IMG/VR virus record: IMGVR_UViG_3300020463_002162 | Strand: one strand, 5' to 3' | DNA: 64,000 nucleotides | DNA from: an uncultured virus (IMG/VR IMGVR_UViG_3300020463_002162) | Lineage: Duplodnaviria > Heunggongvirae > Uroviricota > Caudoviricetes | In this document: piece after piece, positions 39,908-50,220 of the stretch | How positions within the stretch are numbered: position 1 is the first letter of the stretch | How the letters are laid out: every line of letters begins with the position of its first letter | Program-made: the position numbers and the translations under genes | The notes under the pieces: generated by a model | What the model was told of the DNA's origin: nothing | Database searches by the model: none | What the model saw: the letters and a program-made list of their open reading frames with translations, nothing else

Positions 39908-42151
39908 ATGGCTAATCTAAAAGCAGGAGCTACAATACAAGGATTTACAATTTTACACGCCGGTAATTTTGACCCTACCTCATTCCCTGGTATGAAAGGA
40001 GCAACTGGTTCGACTGGTTCAACTGGTTCTAAAGGTTCAACCGGAGCTCAAGGCCCAGGTGGTGATACTGGTGAACAAGGAGCAAAGGGACCTCAAGGTG
40101 CCCCTGGAGCTGGTGGAGCACAAGGTGCTAAAGGTCCACAGGGTGAACAAGGTGGAACAGGTGAACAAGGAACGGCAGGTTCTCCAGGCCCTGGAGGTGA
40201 TAAAGGTCAAAAAGGTGAGGTTGGCCAACAAGGTTCAAAAGGTCAAAAGGGTGAATTAGGCCCAAAAGGTGACCAAGGTACAGGCGGCGGAGTTGGTGAC
40301 CAAGGAGATACTGGTGCTAAAGGCCCAACTGGTCCAACTGGTGCTAAAGGTAATACTGGTCCAACTGGTGGTTCAGGTTCTGGTGGTGGTGTAGGTGCCC
40401 AAGGTGGCACTGGTCAAAAAGGTCAAACAGGTGCACAAGGTGCTAAAGGTCCAACTGGTGCTACAGGTCCTAAAGGTGACCCTGGTACGGATGGTTCAGA
40501 TGGTGCTAAAGGTCAGAAAGGTGCAACAGGAGCTCAAGGTGGCGGAGGTGATACTGGTCCTACTGGTTCAAAAGGTCAAAAAGGTGAAGTAGGTGGACAA
40601 GGTTCTAAAGGTACTACTGGTCCTGCTGGTTCTAAAGGTTCAACTGGTCCACAAGGTGGTAAAGGTCAAAAAGGTGAAATAGGACCTCAAGGTGCTAAAG
40701 GTCCAACTGGTCCAACTGGTTCAAAGGGTGTTACAGGTTCAAAAGGTACAACAGGTGGTCAAGGAGCCAAAGGTGATACTGGTTCAAAAGGTACAACAGG
40801 GGCTCAGGGTCCAAAAGGAGACCAAGGTGACCAAGGTGATACAGGTGGTCAAGGTGCAAAGGGACCACAGGGTAGTTTAGGTCCAACTGGTCCAACTGGT
40901 GCAAAAGGTAATACTGGCCCAACTGGTCCAACCGGTTCAAAAGGTAATACTGGTCCAACTGGTCCACAAGGTGGCACTGGTCAAAAAGGTGTTACTGGTG
41001 TTCAAGGTGATATAGGTTTAACTGGTGCTCAAGGTGATACAGGTCCTAAAGGTGATATAGGTGTTCAAGGTCCAACTGGTAATAAAGGTGCAGTCGGCCC
41101 AGGAGGTGGTACTGGTGCAAAAGGTTCAACTGGTCCTAAAGGTGATACAGGTGGTCAAGGTCCAACTGGTAGTAAAGGTTCAACTGGTCCTACTGGTGGT
41201 CAAGGTGCAAAAGGTAATACTGGTCCACAGGGTGGAACTGGTGCTAAAGGTAATACTGGTCCTACTGGTGGTCAAGGTGCAAAAGGTAATACTGGTCCTA
41301 AAGGTGATACAGGTCCTCAAGGTGCCAAAGGTAACACTGGTCCTCAAGGTCCACAAGGTGGCTCAGGTTCTGGTGGTGGTCAAGGTGCTCAAGGTGCTCA
41401 AGGTGGTCAAGGTGCTAAAGGTAATACTGGTCCAACTGGTCCAACTGGTCCAACTGGTGCAAAAGGTAATACTGGTCCAACTGGTCCAACTGGTGCTAAA
41501 GGTAATACTGGTCCTGCTGGTGGTCAAGGTGCTAAAGGTTCAACAGGTCCTAAAGGTGACCAAGGTCTAACTGGTGCTCAAGGTGGCGGTGGTGGAACTG
41601 GTGCTAAAGGTAATACTGGTCCTACTGGTGGTCAAGGTCCAACTGGTGCAAAAGGTAATACTGGTCCACAGGGTGGTCAAGGTGCTAAAGGTAACACTGG
41701 TCCACAGGGTAATACTGGTGCTAAAGGTAACACTGGTCCACAAGGTCCACAAGGTCCAACTGGTTTCCAAGGTCCAACTGGTCCACAGGGTCAAAAAGGT
41801 CAAAAGGGACAAACTGGTCCAACTGGTTCTCCAGGTTCTTCGGATAGTAGATTAAAGAATATAGAAGGTCCAATTGGAAATACCTTAACTAAAATTAATG
41901 CGATTAGAGGTGTTGTATGGAACCCTAGTGAATTCGCACAAACATTAGGAATGGGTACTGCTCCAAGATATGGTGTAGTTGCAGAAGAGGTTGAAGCACA
42001 ATTCCCTGAATTAGTGTTTAGACTTCCTGATTTACCTGAAGCGGATAATTATAGAGGGGTTGATTACTCCAAATTGTCAGCAGTATTAATTGAAGCTGTT
42101 AAAGAATTAGATACGAAAATAACTGATATTGAGAACCAAATAGGCTCTTAA
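39908..42151 (+). CDS. Lys-rich collagen fibre with a C-terminal peptidase S74 intramolecular chaperone
   Basis: About 600 aa of near-continuous Gly-[37 protein letters not shown]. Confidence 0.92.
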   Translation: MANLKAGATIQGFTILHAGNFDPTSFPGMKGATGSTGSTGSKGSTGAQGPGGDTGEQGAKGPQGAPGAGGAQGAKGPQGEQGGTGEQGTAGSPGPGGDKGQKGEVGQQGSKGQKGELGPKGDQGTGGGVGDQGDTGAKGPTGPTGAKGNTGPTGGSGSGGGVGAQGGTGQKGQTGAQGAKGPTGATGPKGDPGTDGSDGAKGQKGATGAQGGGGDTGPTGSKGQKGEVGGQGSKGTTGPAGSKGSTGPQGGKGQKGEIGPQGAKGPTGPTGSKGVTGSKGTTGGQGAKGDTGSKGTTGAQGPKGDQGDQGDTGGQGAKGPQGSLGPTGPTGAKGNTGPTGPTGSKGNTGPTGPQGGTGQKGVTGVQGDIGLTGAQGDTGPKGDIGVQGPTGNKGAVGPGGGTGAKGSTGPKGDTGGQGPTGSKGSTGPTGGQGAKGNTGPQGGTGAKGNTGPTGGQGAKGNTGPKGDTGPQGAKGNTGPQGPQGGSGSGGGQGAQGAQGGQGAKGNTGPTGPTGPTGAKGNTGPTGPTGAKGNTGPAGGQGAKGSTGPKGDQGLTGAQGGGGGTGAKGNTGPTGGQGPTGAKGNTGPQGGQGAKGNTGPQGNTGAKGNTGPQGPQGPTGFQGPTGPQGQKGQKGQTGPTGSPGSSDSRLKNIEGPIGNTLTKINAIRGVVWNPSEFAQTLGMGTAPRYGVVAEEVEAQFPELVFRLPDLPEADNYRGVDYSKLSAVLIEAVKELDTKITDIENQIGS

Positions 42152-42171
42152 TAATATAATAAAGCAAAAGA

Positions 42172-45069
42172 ATGGCTGACTACAATAGAATACTTATTGC
42201 AGGTAATCCGGTACTAACAACCGATAACTTTACCGAGGACAACTTCCCACATTTATTAGGTGAGAAAGGTGCTGATGGTGGTGCTGGTTCAAAAGGTACA
42301 ACTGGTTCTAAAGGTACAAAGGGTGCAAAAGGTACTAAAGGTACTGAAGGTGGCCAAGGTGACCAAGGTTCAAAAGGAACAAAAGGTGGTGTAGGAGCTA
42401 AAGGTGATACTGGTTCAAAAGGACGTAAAGGTAATGTTGGTATAAGTGTTACAGATAAAGCAGCTTCAGGTTCAAAAGGTGACCAAGGTGCAACTGGTTC
42501 AAAAGGTACGACTGGTGCTCAAGGTGGACAGGGTGGTATTGGTGATGACGGCTTGAAAGGTCAAAAAGGTATCAAAGGTGATCTAGGCGGTGGTGGTGCA
42601 AAAGGAGCTCAAGGCCCAACTGGTGCAAAAGGTAATCAAGGTGAAACGGGTGTTCAAGGTGAACAAGGTTCTAAAGGTACAACAGGTCAAAAAGGTACAG
42701 CTGGTGCTGTAGGTCCACAAGGTGATAAAGGTCAAAAAGGTGGAGCAGGTGATAATGCTACTCCCGGTTCAAGTCCAGCAGGTCAAAAAGGTGCACAAGG
42801 TCAAAAAGGTGTAACTGGTCCAAGTCCAAAAGGTGCTAAAGGTCAAAAAGGTGAAATAGGTGCTCAAGGTGGAGTTGGTGATACTGGTCTAGATGTAAGT
42901 GGTGCAGAAAAAGATAATCCTAATGCAGATAGAGGTGACCAGGGTGGTCAAGGTCCTAAAGGTGATGTAGGTGAACAAGGTGGCCAAGGTGGTGTTGGTG
43001 ATAGTCCAAGCGGTGGTTCTGGTTCTGGTGGTGGTGTAGGTGACCAAGGTCCTAAAGGTGGCGTAGGTGCAACTGGTGGCGGCGGTGATAAAGGTACAAA
43101 GGGTTCAAAAGGTAATAAAGGTCAAAAAGGTGGTCAAGGCCCAACTGGTGATACTGGTCTAGACGGTTACGTAAGTGTTAATAATGTAGAAGGTGGCTCT
43201 GGTTCTAATGATGGTGGTAACATGCTTGATTATTCAACATGGACTGTTGGTAACACTTCAGCTACTGGATTTAGTCGTAACGGTTCTACAGATGAAAACT
43301 CCATTGAATATGGAGAAGGTCCTTTCGGAGAACAGGCTATATTATGGAGAACAATACCAAATGGCACTGGTAATAACGGAGACGGTGGTTGGAATAGTTC
43401 ATTCCATAGTGTAGACCATACCAAAAAGTATAGAATTAGTGTCTGGATGAAAAGAATTTCAGACCAAGCAAATGGTACTTTCTATTTAGGAACAAATGGA
43501 GGCGGTGCTGTTATCATGGATCAAGATGGTTCAACAGATGAGGGTAATCCTTATTTTGAATGTCGTGGTGTTAGTGGTTACACAAAAGATGTATGGTATT
43601 TAGTGGTAGGTCACGTATTCCCTTCTGGTAGTACTAATGTTGGTAGAGATTCACAGACAGGTGTATATACAATGTCTGGTAAGGCATTTGATACTAATGG
43701 ATGTAACCTGGGTGGTGATGGAGTAATGAAAACTACAACCACATCACTTAGACATAGAACATATCATTACTATGCTAATAGTGTAGGTACAGAATTAGTG
43801 TTCGCATATCCAAGATTAGAAGCGGTTACTTCTGCAACACCTGACATTGTTAATGGTTATTTAACTAGCTCATTTACTAATGTAGGTCCAAAAGGTGGAA
43901 CCGGCGATACAGGTCCTACAGGTCCTAAGGGTGGAGTAGGTGATTCCCCAACTGGTGCAAAAGGTGCTCAAGGTTTACAAGGTCCAACTGGTCCTCGAGG
44001 TAACCAAGGTCCGAAAGGTAGTGTTGGTGGTCAAGGTGACGGAGGTACAAAAGGTTTCTTTGGATTAAGCGGTGCTACTGGTGACCAAGGTTCTACTGGT
44101 CCAAAAGGTACAGGTGGTGACCAGGGTGGTATTGGCGATCAAGGTGGTCAAGGCCCGAAAGGTGGTATTGGTGACCAAGGTGGTACAGGTCCAAAAGGTG
44201 GCGGTGGCGATCAAGGTGGTACAGGCCCTAAAGGTCCAGGTGGAGATCAAGGTGGTACAGGCCCTAAAGGTGGTGTTGGCGATCAAGGTCCAACTGGTGA
44301 CCAGGGTTCTAAAGGTGTAACTGGTGCCAAAGGTTCACCAGGCCCATCAGGTCAAAAAGGATCTACAGGTGGTAGTGGTGCAAAAGGTGCTACTGGTCCT
44401 AAAGGTGTAACTGGTGACCAAGGTGGCGGTGGAGGCCAAGGCCCGAAAGGTGGTATTGGTGACCAAGGCGGTACAGGTCCAAAAGGTCCAATTGGTGACC
44501 AAGGAGGTACAGGTCCAAAAGGTGGCGGTGGTGACCAGGGCGGTATTGGCGATCAAGGTGGTATTGGTTCAAAAGGTACTACTGGTCCAAAAGGTACAGG
44601 TGGTGACCAGGGTGGCCAAGGTGGCCAAGGCCCAAAAGGTGGTACTGGTGGTCAAGGTGGTACAGGCCCTAAAGGTGCAACTGGTGACCAAGGTCCAGTA
44701 GGCCCTAAAGGTCCACAAGGTGACCGAGGTCCTCAAGGTCCAATGGGTCCATTTGGTACATCTTCAGGTGGTCAAGGTGCAAAAGGTCAAAAGGGACAAG
44801 CTGGTGCTCAAGGTCCTCAAGGTCCAGCCGGCGGTGGTACTGCACAATCTTATGAAATTACATCACAGTGTTTTAGCAGTAGTCAAGGCGCATACACTGA
44901 TGCAACCAATGGAACTACTTTCTGGAATGTAGGCTATTTCAGTTCTTTATCAGTATGTTCAACATCTATACCAACATGTTTTAGTAATTGTGGTTGTGTA
45001 GATATACAACAGGGCTTCTCGATTTGCGGAGGTGACGACGGCTTTGGTGAACCTGGTCCAAAAAGATAA
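42172..45069 (+). CDS. Lys-rich collagen fibre with an inserted globular domain and a Cys-rich tip
   Basis: Two Gly-X-Y tracts flank a roughly 240-aa insert; six Cys in the C-terminus. Confidence 0.9.
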   Translation: MADYNRILIAGNPVLTTDNFTEDNFPHLLGEKGADGGAGSKGTTGSKGTKGAKGTKGTEGGQGDQGSKGTKGGVGAKGDTGSKGRKGNVGISVTDKAASGSKGDQGATGSKGTTGAQGGQGGIGDDGLKGQKGIKGDLGGGGAKGAQGPTGAKGNQGETGVQGEQGSKGTTGQKGTAGAVGPQGDKGQKGGAGDNATPGSSPAGQKGAQGQKGVTGPSPKGAKGQKGEIGAQGGVGDTGLDVSGAEKDNPNADRGDQGGQGPKGDVGEQGGQGGVGDSPSGGSGSGGGVGDQGPKGGVGATGGGGDKGTKGSKGNKGQKGGQGPTGDTGLDGYVSVNNVEGGSGSNDGGNMLDYSTWTVGNTSATGFSRNGSTDENSIEYGEGPFGEQAILWRTIPNGTGNNGDGGWNSSFHSVDHTKKYRISVWMKRISDQANGTFYLGTNGGGAVIMDQDGSTDEGNPYFECRGVSGYTKDVWYLVVGHVFPSGSTNVGRDSQTGVYTMSGKAFDTNGCNLGGDGVMKTTTTSLRHRTYHYYANSVGTELVFAYPRLEAVTSATPDIVNGYLTSSFTNVGPKGGTGDTGPTGPKGGVGDSPTGAKGAQGLQGPTGPRGNQGPKGSVGGQGDGGTKGFFGLSGATGDQGSTGPKGTGGDQGGIGDQGGQGPKGGIGDQGGTGPKGGGGDQGGTGPKGPGGDQGGTGPKGGVGDQGPTGDQGSKGVTGAKGSPGPSGQKGSTGGSGAKGATGPKGVTGDQGGGGGQGPKGGIGDQGGTGPKGPIGDQGGTGPKGGGGDQGGIGDQGGIGSKGTTGPKGTGGDQGGQGGQGPKGGTGGQGGTGPKGATGDQGPVGPKGPQGDRGPQGPMGPFGTSSGGQGAKGQKGQAGAQGPQGPAGGGTAQSYEITSQCFSSSQGAYTDATNGTTFWNVGYFSSLSVCSTSIPTCFSNCGCVDIQQGFSICGGDDGFGEPGPKR

Positions 45070-45082
45070 ATAGATAACAGAC

Positions 45083-45982
45083 ATGGCATACTTTGATTCA
45101 AATAAATACTTTTCACTAACTGGGAATACATGGGCATATAAGATTGATATTTTGCCATCAGCTCAGCATAAGCTATCTTCTAGTATTGTAGAGCCAACTG
45201 GTTCTGCAGTAGATAAAATTAAAGCTGTAGAGACTGTTTGGTATAAGTTTAATGCACTAGGCGGTGAGATGGGTTTCCCTGAAGACGTTACACAAATGGG
45301 TCTAATGGCTCAAGACTTAATGGCTGTTGAACCATCTTTAGTTAGAGAAATGGATTGGTTAGGTACAGATGCTGCAGGTGAAGGCCAAGGAGGTTTCTAT
45401 ATGATAGACTATAATGCTCTTAATGTTTTAGTTCTTGATGCATTAAATGAATTGAATGCTAGAGCAGAAGCGGCAAAAGTACAATTAGGTATTACTCCAG
45501 CAGAAACATATCCTGAGAGAGCATCTACAACTACTCTACCACCACATGCTTCTAACTTCGCATTAAGTGTAACTCCTACAAGTGGACCTGAAGGTTCAGA
45601 GTCAGTTTGGACTCTAACATGTGATAATGCCATTGAAGGTCTAGTAGTTGGCTTTAAAATCGGAGGAGAATGTGACATAAATGATATTTCATGTGACGAT
45701 GAAAGAGTTTACTTAACTCATGTCACAGATGATGATTTATTAGACGAAGATAACAATTATGTTACAAACTATGACTCTAATATAGAAGGTCGTATGTTTG
45801 GTATATTTTGGTTTGACGCAGCAGCCGCTGCAGCAGGTTCACTCTCAATTACATTGAAATACACTTTAGATAATGTATCTGAAGGTGATGAGACTATTAT
45901 TATGACTATGAAAGAAGGTGATAATAAAGGAGGTCCTGGTCCAGGTAATAGCGTGACTGCTACTGCAACAATCACATCTTAA
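45083..45982 (+). CDS. Stand-alone degenerate S74-like chaperone domain fused to an Ig/Calx-beta-like domain
   Basis: AVDKIKAV..VWYKFN, MGLMAQDL..VEPSLV, IDYNAL..LVLDALNEL; EGDET near the C-terminus. Confidence 0.7.
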   Translation: MAYFDSNKYFSLTGNTWAYKIDILPSAQHKLSSSIVEPTGSAVDKIKAVETVWYKFNALGGEMGFPEDVTQMGLMAQDLMAVEPSLVREMDWLGTDAAGEGQGGFYMIDYNALNVLVLDALNELNARAEAAKVQLGITPAETYPERASTTTLPPHASNFALSVTPTSGPEGSESVWTLTCDNAIEGLVVGFKIGGECDINDISCDDERVYLTHVTDDDLLDEDNNYVTNYDSNIEGRMFGIFWFDAAAAAAGSLSITLKYTLDNVSEGDETIIMTMKEGDNKGGPGPGNSVTATATITS

Positions 45983-46023
45983 TCAAAGAGACTAGGATAC
46001 ATATATCCTAATACAGTCTCACA

Positions 46024-46524
46024 TTGTTAAAACGTTTAAGTATATTAATAACTATATTCTGTGTTTGCTTTCATTTTCTGCAAACACCAGACACTAGTAA
46101 ATATAACACATCCAACAAAAAGATTTTTAAATATACTATTACAGATATAGTTGACAATAAATCTATTCAAGAATTCTTAACAGACTCTATAAATTTTAAT
46201 CCACCATATCGTGGCCCTGTAATTAAGCTTAAGTTTGCACCCCTACATCCTAGAATTGGAGGCTTAACTACACAAGTTACAGACAGAGTTTATTTTATAC
46301 AAATAAATTCTTTTTACCCATTGTTTTCTGCTAGAAGAATTCTAATGCATGAGTTAGTCCATGTTTTTCAATTTGAAAAAGGATGGTTAAAAGAATTACC
46401 AGGCGGCGTGGTCTTATGGAAAGATGATTATTATACTTGGGGAGTACCATGGTCACAAAGACCTTGGGAAATACAAGCAGAAGAATGGACTGAAGAGCTG
46501 TTCAAAATTGAGCTAGATAAATAA
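46024..46524 (+). CDS. Putative zincin metallopeptidase with an N-terminal hydrophobic segment
   Basis: LMHELVHVFQ, PWEIQA. Confidence 0.7.
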   Translation: MLKRLSILITIFCVCFHFLQTPDTSKYNTSNKKIFKYTITDIVDNKSIQEFLTDSINFNPPYRGPVIKLKFAPLHPRIGGLTTQVTDRVYFIQINSFYPLFSARRILMHELVHVFQFEKGWLKELPGGVVLWKDDYYTWGVPWSQRPWEIQAEEWTEELFKIELDK

Positions 46525-46576
46525 CCTATAAGAAACAAATTTACTTTTTTAAGTATAACTTTTAAAAAACTTACAC

Positions 46577-47206
46577 ATGGCAAAATACGTTTTTGAGCAA
46601 GACACAAACGACCCACAACAGTATTACTGGTTTAAGAATGCTTTATCAAAAGAAGAAGTAGACCGGGTTATCGCAACAGCAGAAAAATTACCTATTCATA
46701 GAGCGACTACCATAGGTTCAGATGGACAAGTTACAGAAGCAAATGACCCAAATGGTGTTAGATCTTCAATGGTGAAATGGATCCCACAACAAAATCAATG
46801 GGATTGGTTATATAATAGAATGAAAGAACTCTGTCTAGAAGCTAACAACACATTATGGAAATTTGATTTACACTCAGCACCAGAACAAATACAATATACA
46901 GAATACTATGACCACGAGAATGGTCACTATGACTGGCACCAAGATATTGGGCCTGGAGATCTTCCTTCCAGAAGAAAGATTTCAATAACTATTCAATTAT
47001 CAGATGGTGATGAATATCAAGGTGGTGATTTACAACTTACTAGTGGTGGTAACGGGCCTGATGGACTTATGCCTACTATGACTTGTCCTAGGGGTGCTGG
47101 TGTTGGAGTTCTTTTCCCTAGTTATATGATGCACAGAGTTTCACCAGTTAAAGCAGGTACAAGAAAATCTTTAGTACTTTGGGTAGGTGGAGCACATTAC
47201 AAATAA
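46577..47206 (+). CDS. 2OG-Fe(II) oxygenase (prolyl-hydroxylase-like)
   Basis: YDWHQD, RKISITIQLS, YQGGDL, FPSY..HRV.PV..GTRKSLV.W. Confidence 0.9.
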   Translation: MAKYVFEQDTNDPQQYYWFKNALSKEEVDRVIATAEKLPIHRATTIGSDGQVTEANDPNGVRSSMVKWIPQQNQWDWLYNRMKELCLEANNTLWKFDLHSAPEQIQYTEYYDHENGHYDWHQDIGPGDLPSRRKISITIQLSDGDEYQGGDLQLTSGGNGPDGLMPTMTCPRGAGVGVLFPSYMMHRVSPVKAGTRKSLVLWVGGAHYK

Positions 47207-47209
47207 GAT

Positions 47210-48334
47210 ATGAGAATACTATTTTGGGTAGGCTATCGATTTGAAGAATGGAATAGTCAATCAGATGGTTTAGGTGGAACAGAAATAGCAGTTTCTAAAG
47301 TAGCAGAATCTTTAGCACAACATGGACATGAAGTTACAGTAGCTGGAGAAGTTATCTCAGATGTGCATAATCGTGTAACGTGGTTGAGCATTCAAGACTT
47401 TGAAAACTCAGATTTTAAAGGCCTAGACCCAAATAGATTCGATATAGTAATAGGAGTTAATTACTTACACTTCATGCAGGTTCTAGATGAAAATGGTTTA
47501 AAACCAAAATTAACAGCATTTTGGTTACACAATACAGAATGGCATCAATACTACAAGGGTGAAGTTTTAGAAAATCAAATGGCCATGTTAAATAGAATAG
47601 ACCATGTAATAACACCTAGCTCATGGGCCAATAATAAATTTATAGAAACTTATTGTCAAGGCAGTTTACTGGATGGTCCTGTGTGGGATAGACCGGTCCA
47701 CTCACAGGTCAATGGTATCGATCCTCTTAAGTTTAAAATGAAATGTGCTAAAGATCCTAATAAATTTATTTGGTCTTCTGCAGTTGACAGAGGTTTAGAT
47801 AAATTACTTGACAATTGGTGGAGAGTTAAAGAGATAATGCCGGAAGCAACTCTAGATGTTTATTATCCAAAGTACTCTGACCCACACGTCCAAGATGATA
47901 GGAATTGGTATAATATAGATGGTATTCTAGATAAATTAGAGAATGTAAAAGATCTTGGTGTAAATGATATGGGGAGTGTAAGCCAAGATGAACTTCATTT
48001 AGCTATGCAGAAAGCTAGTTATTGGATGTATCTTACAGATTACGAAGAGACTTTTTGTATTACAGCTTTAGAAATGCAAATGGCAGGAGTATTTTGTATT
48101 GTATCAGATACAGCAGCACTACCATTTGTAGTTAAAGACGGTATAATTGTACCTACTACAAATGATGAAACAATGTTTAAAAACTCGATACAATTATTAG
48201 ACATGATGGACCAAGGTCTAAAACGTAAAGCTCTAAGAGATGCAAAAGAAAGAGCTAAAACATTCAACTGGGACCTGGTAGGTCAGAGTTGGCATGACAT
48301 GTTAAAAACATATTTATTACATACAACAAAATGA
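47210..48334 (+). CDS. GT4 (GT-B) glycosyltransferase
   Basis: GLGGTE, NGID, SSAVDRGL, EETFCITALE. Confidence 0.85.
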   Translation: MRILFWVGYRFEEWNSQSDGLGGTEIAVSKVAESLAQHGHEVTVAGEVISDVHNRVTWLSIQDFENSDFKGLDPNRFDIVIGVNYLHFMQVLDENGLKPKLTAFWLHNTEWHQYYKGEVLENQMAMLNRIDHVITPSSWANNKFIETYCQGSLLDGPVWDRPVHSQVNGIDPLKFKMKCAKDPNKFIWSSAVDRGLDKLLDNWWRVKEIMPEATLDVYYPKYSDPHVQDDRNWYNIDGILDKLENVKDLGVNDMGSVSQDELHLAMQKASYWMYLTDYEETFCITALEMQMAGVFCIVSDTAALPFVVKDGIIVPTTNDETMFKNSIQLLDMMDQGLKRKALRDAKERAKTFNWDLVGQSWHDMLKTYLLHTTK

Positions 48335-49752
48335 GAATTAACAAAATATACGTTATTAGTTTAGGAATATATTCTAAACCAGAATTACAAGAAGCAATAG
48401 AAGCTAAACTAGATGGTATGGACTTCTTTGCTAATACAGGATATGAAATTATTGAAGCATTTGACGGTAGAGATGGTGCAATTGAAGATGGATATTCTGT
48501 TTATCAAAAATGGGACTTGGGTGAAGGTACATGGAATGACTGGTGGCAAAGACCTGTTTTAGGCGGTGAAATTGGTTGTGCAATATCACATAGAAAAATA
48601 TGGGAAAGAATTGTATTCGATGGTCATGGTTTATCTCTAGTTCTAGAAGAAGACTTTCTGATGAGTGAAGGTGGTTCAATCGCATCTCTACAAGACCCTC
48701 CAGTTAATTCTAACTGGGATATTGCTCTGTTAGGTAGAGATAAAATTGAAAGGGACGTAGAAGAAGCTACTATTGATAATATATGGTGTAGACCTAGACA
48801 CTTCTATAATCTACATGCCTATGTAATTAAGAACTCGGATGTTGCTAAAAGACTTTTATCAGGTGGTTTGAAAGAGAATGTAATTCCAGTTGATGAATAT
48901 GTAAGTGCTTTAGGTTATGCACACAGAAGAGAAGATATTAGAAATATGTTTCCACCATCAATGACAATTGTAGCTACACAAGATCCAAACTTTGTAGTAC
49001 AAAAGAGAGAAGGTACTCCATTCAGACAGTCTAGTATTGAGCCAAATGATGGTTCTTCTCCAAACGATACAATTGACATACCTGCAGATGCAAATGGTAT
49101 GCCACCATCTCCAAATAATATACCTACAAATGAAAATTATTATGAGATTCTAGATGTTAACGACTGGGAAGCATGGAAAGAAAAGTATGTAAATATGTCA
49201 GTAGCAAAAGGTGAATATGACTTAATGGTTTCCGATAGAGGAGACAATGTATTTGAGTTTCCTTTATTCACTCCTAAATTCTGTAAAGAAGCAATTGCTC
49301 TTGCAGAGTCAAAAGATAATTGGACTATAGACAGACATGAATTTTATCCAACCAATGATGTTTTACTACAAGACATTGGTTTAGATAAAATTTACAATAG
49401 AGTTTTAGATGAAGTTGTTAGACCTCTTGCAGTTCACCTATGGAATTTAGAAGGAGAGTCTTGGAACGGTTTTTCAAATGAAAACTTTATGGCAAGATAT
49501 ACGACTAATAGACAATCACATCTATCACTACACCATGATAGAAGCCATTTAACGATGGTTATTAAATTAAATGATGAATTTAGTGGTGGTGGAACTTGGT
49601 TCCCTCAGTATCAAAAATTATCTAATCCAGAAGAGTTAGGTACAGCAGTACTTCACCCTGGAATGATAACACACAGACATGGAGCCCGACCGATCACATT
49701 GGGCAAGAGATACATTATCGTATCATTCATTCGCTCTCATTTAGAGCCTTAA
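48331..49752 (+). CDS. Fusion of a GT25 (COLGALT-like) glycosyltransferase and a PLOD-type lysyl hydroxylase domain
   Basis: N-terminal IYVISL, AFDG, GEIGCAISH..IWE, LVLEED, PVDEY; C-terminal FPLFT..FC, PTNDV, NFMARY, HHD.S, GGGT.F, LHPG..TH.HG, GKRYIIVSF. Confidence 0.88.
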   Translation: MRINKIYVISLGIYSKPELQEAIEAKLDGMDFFANTGYEIIEAFDGRDGAIEDGYSVYQKWDLGEGTWNDWWQRPVLGGEIGCAISHRKIWERIVFDGHGLSLVLEEDFLMSEGGSIASLQDPPVNSNWDIALLGRDKIERDVEEATIDNIWCRPRHFYNLHAYVIKNSDVAKRLLSGGLKENVIPVDEYVSALGYAHRREDIRNMFPPSMTIVATQDPNFVVQKREGTPFRQSSIEPNDGSSPNDTIDIPADANGMPPSPNNIPTNENYYEILDVNDWEAWKEKYVNMSVAKGEYDLMVSDRGDNVFEFPLFTPKFCKEAIALAESKDNWTIDRHEFYPTNDVLLQDIGLDKIYNRVLDEVVRPLAVHLWNLEGESWNGFSNENFMARYTTNRQSHLSLHHDRSHLTMVIKLNDEFSGGGTWFPQYQKLSNPEELGTAVLHPGMITHRHGARPITLGKRYIIVSFIRSHLEP

Positions 49753-49772
49753 TATACAAATAATTAATTAAC

Positions 49773-50201
49773 ATGAAAAGAGAATTAACATTAAACTCCT
49801 TAGTTGGAGACGACGGACACTTAGTCTCTCCTGTTTTGAATGCAGGTAGAAAAAACTACTTAATTGACATTGACGGCACAATTACAGATGATGTACCAAA
49901 CGAAGAGCCAGAGAGAATGTCAGTAGTATTACCTTATTCAGGATCAAAAGATACATTAAACAAATGGTATGACGAAGGCCATGTAATTACTTTCTTTACT
50001 TCAAGAACTGAAGCTGTAAGAGATATTACAGAAGCTTGGTTAGATAAACATGGTTTTAAATACCATGGTCTACTAATGGGTAAACCTAGAGGTGGTAACT
50101 ATCACTGGGTTGATAATCATATTGTTAAAGCTACACGATACGAAGGTAAGTGGGCAGATTTAGTAGAAGAAGAAAGAACAATAGAAGTATTCCCATCTTA
50201 A
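49773..50201 (+). CDS. HAD-family phosphatase
   Basis: IDIDGT, FFTSR, MGKP, VDN. Confidence 0.8.
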   Translation: MKRELTLNSLVGDDGHLVSPVLNAGRKNYLIDIDGTITDDVPNEEPERMSVVLPYSGSKDTLNKWYDEGHVITFFTSRTEAVRDITEAWLDKHGFKYHGLLMGKPRGGNYHWVDNHIVKATRYEGKWADLVEEERTIEVFPS

Positions 50202-50220
50202 ACTCATAGATATATAATCT

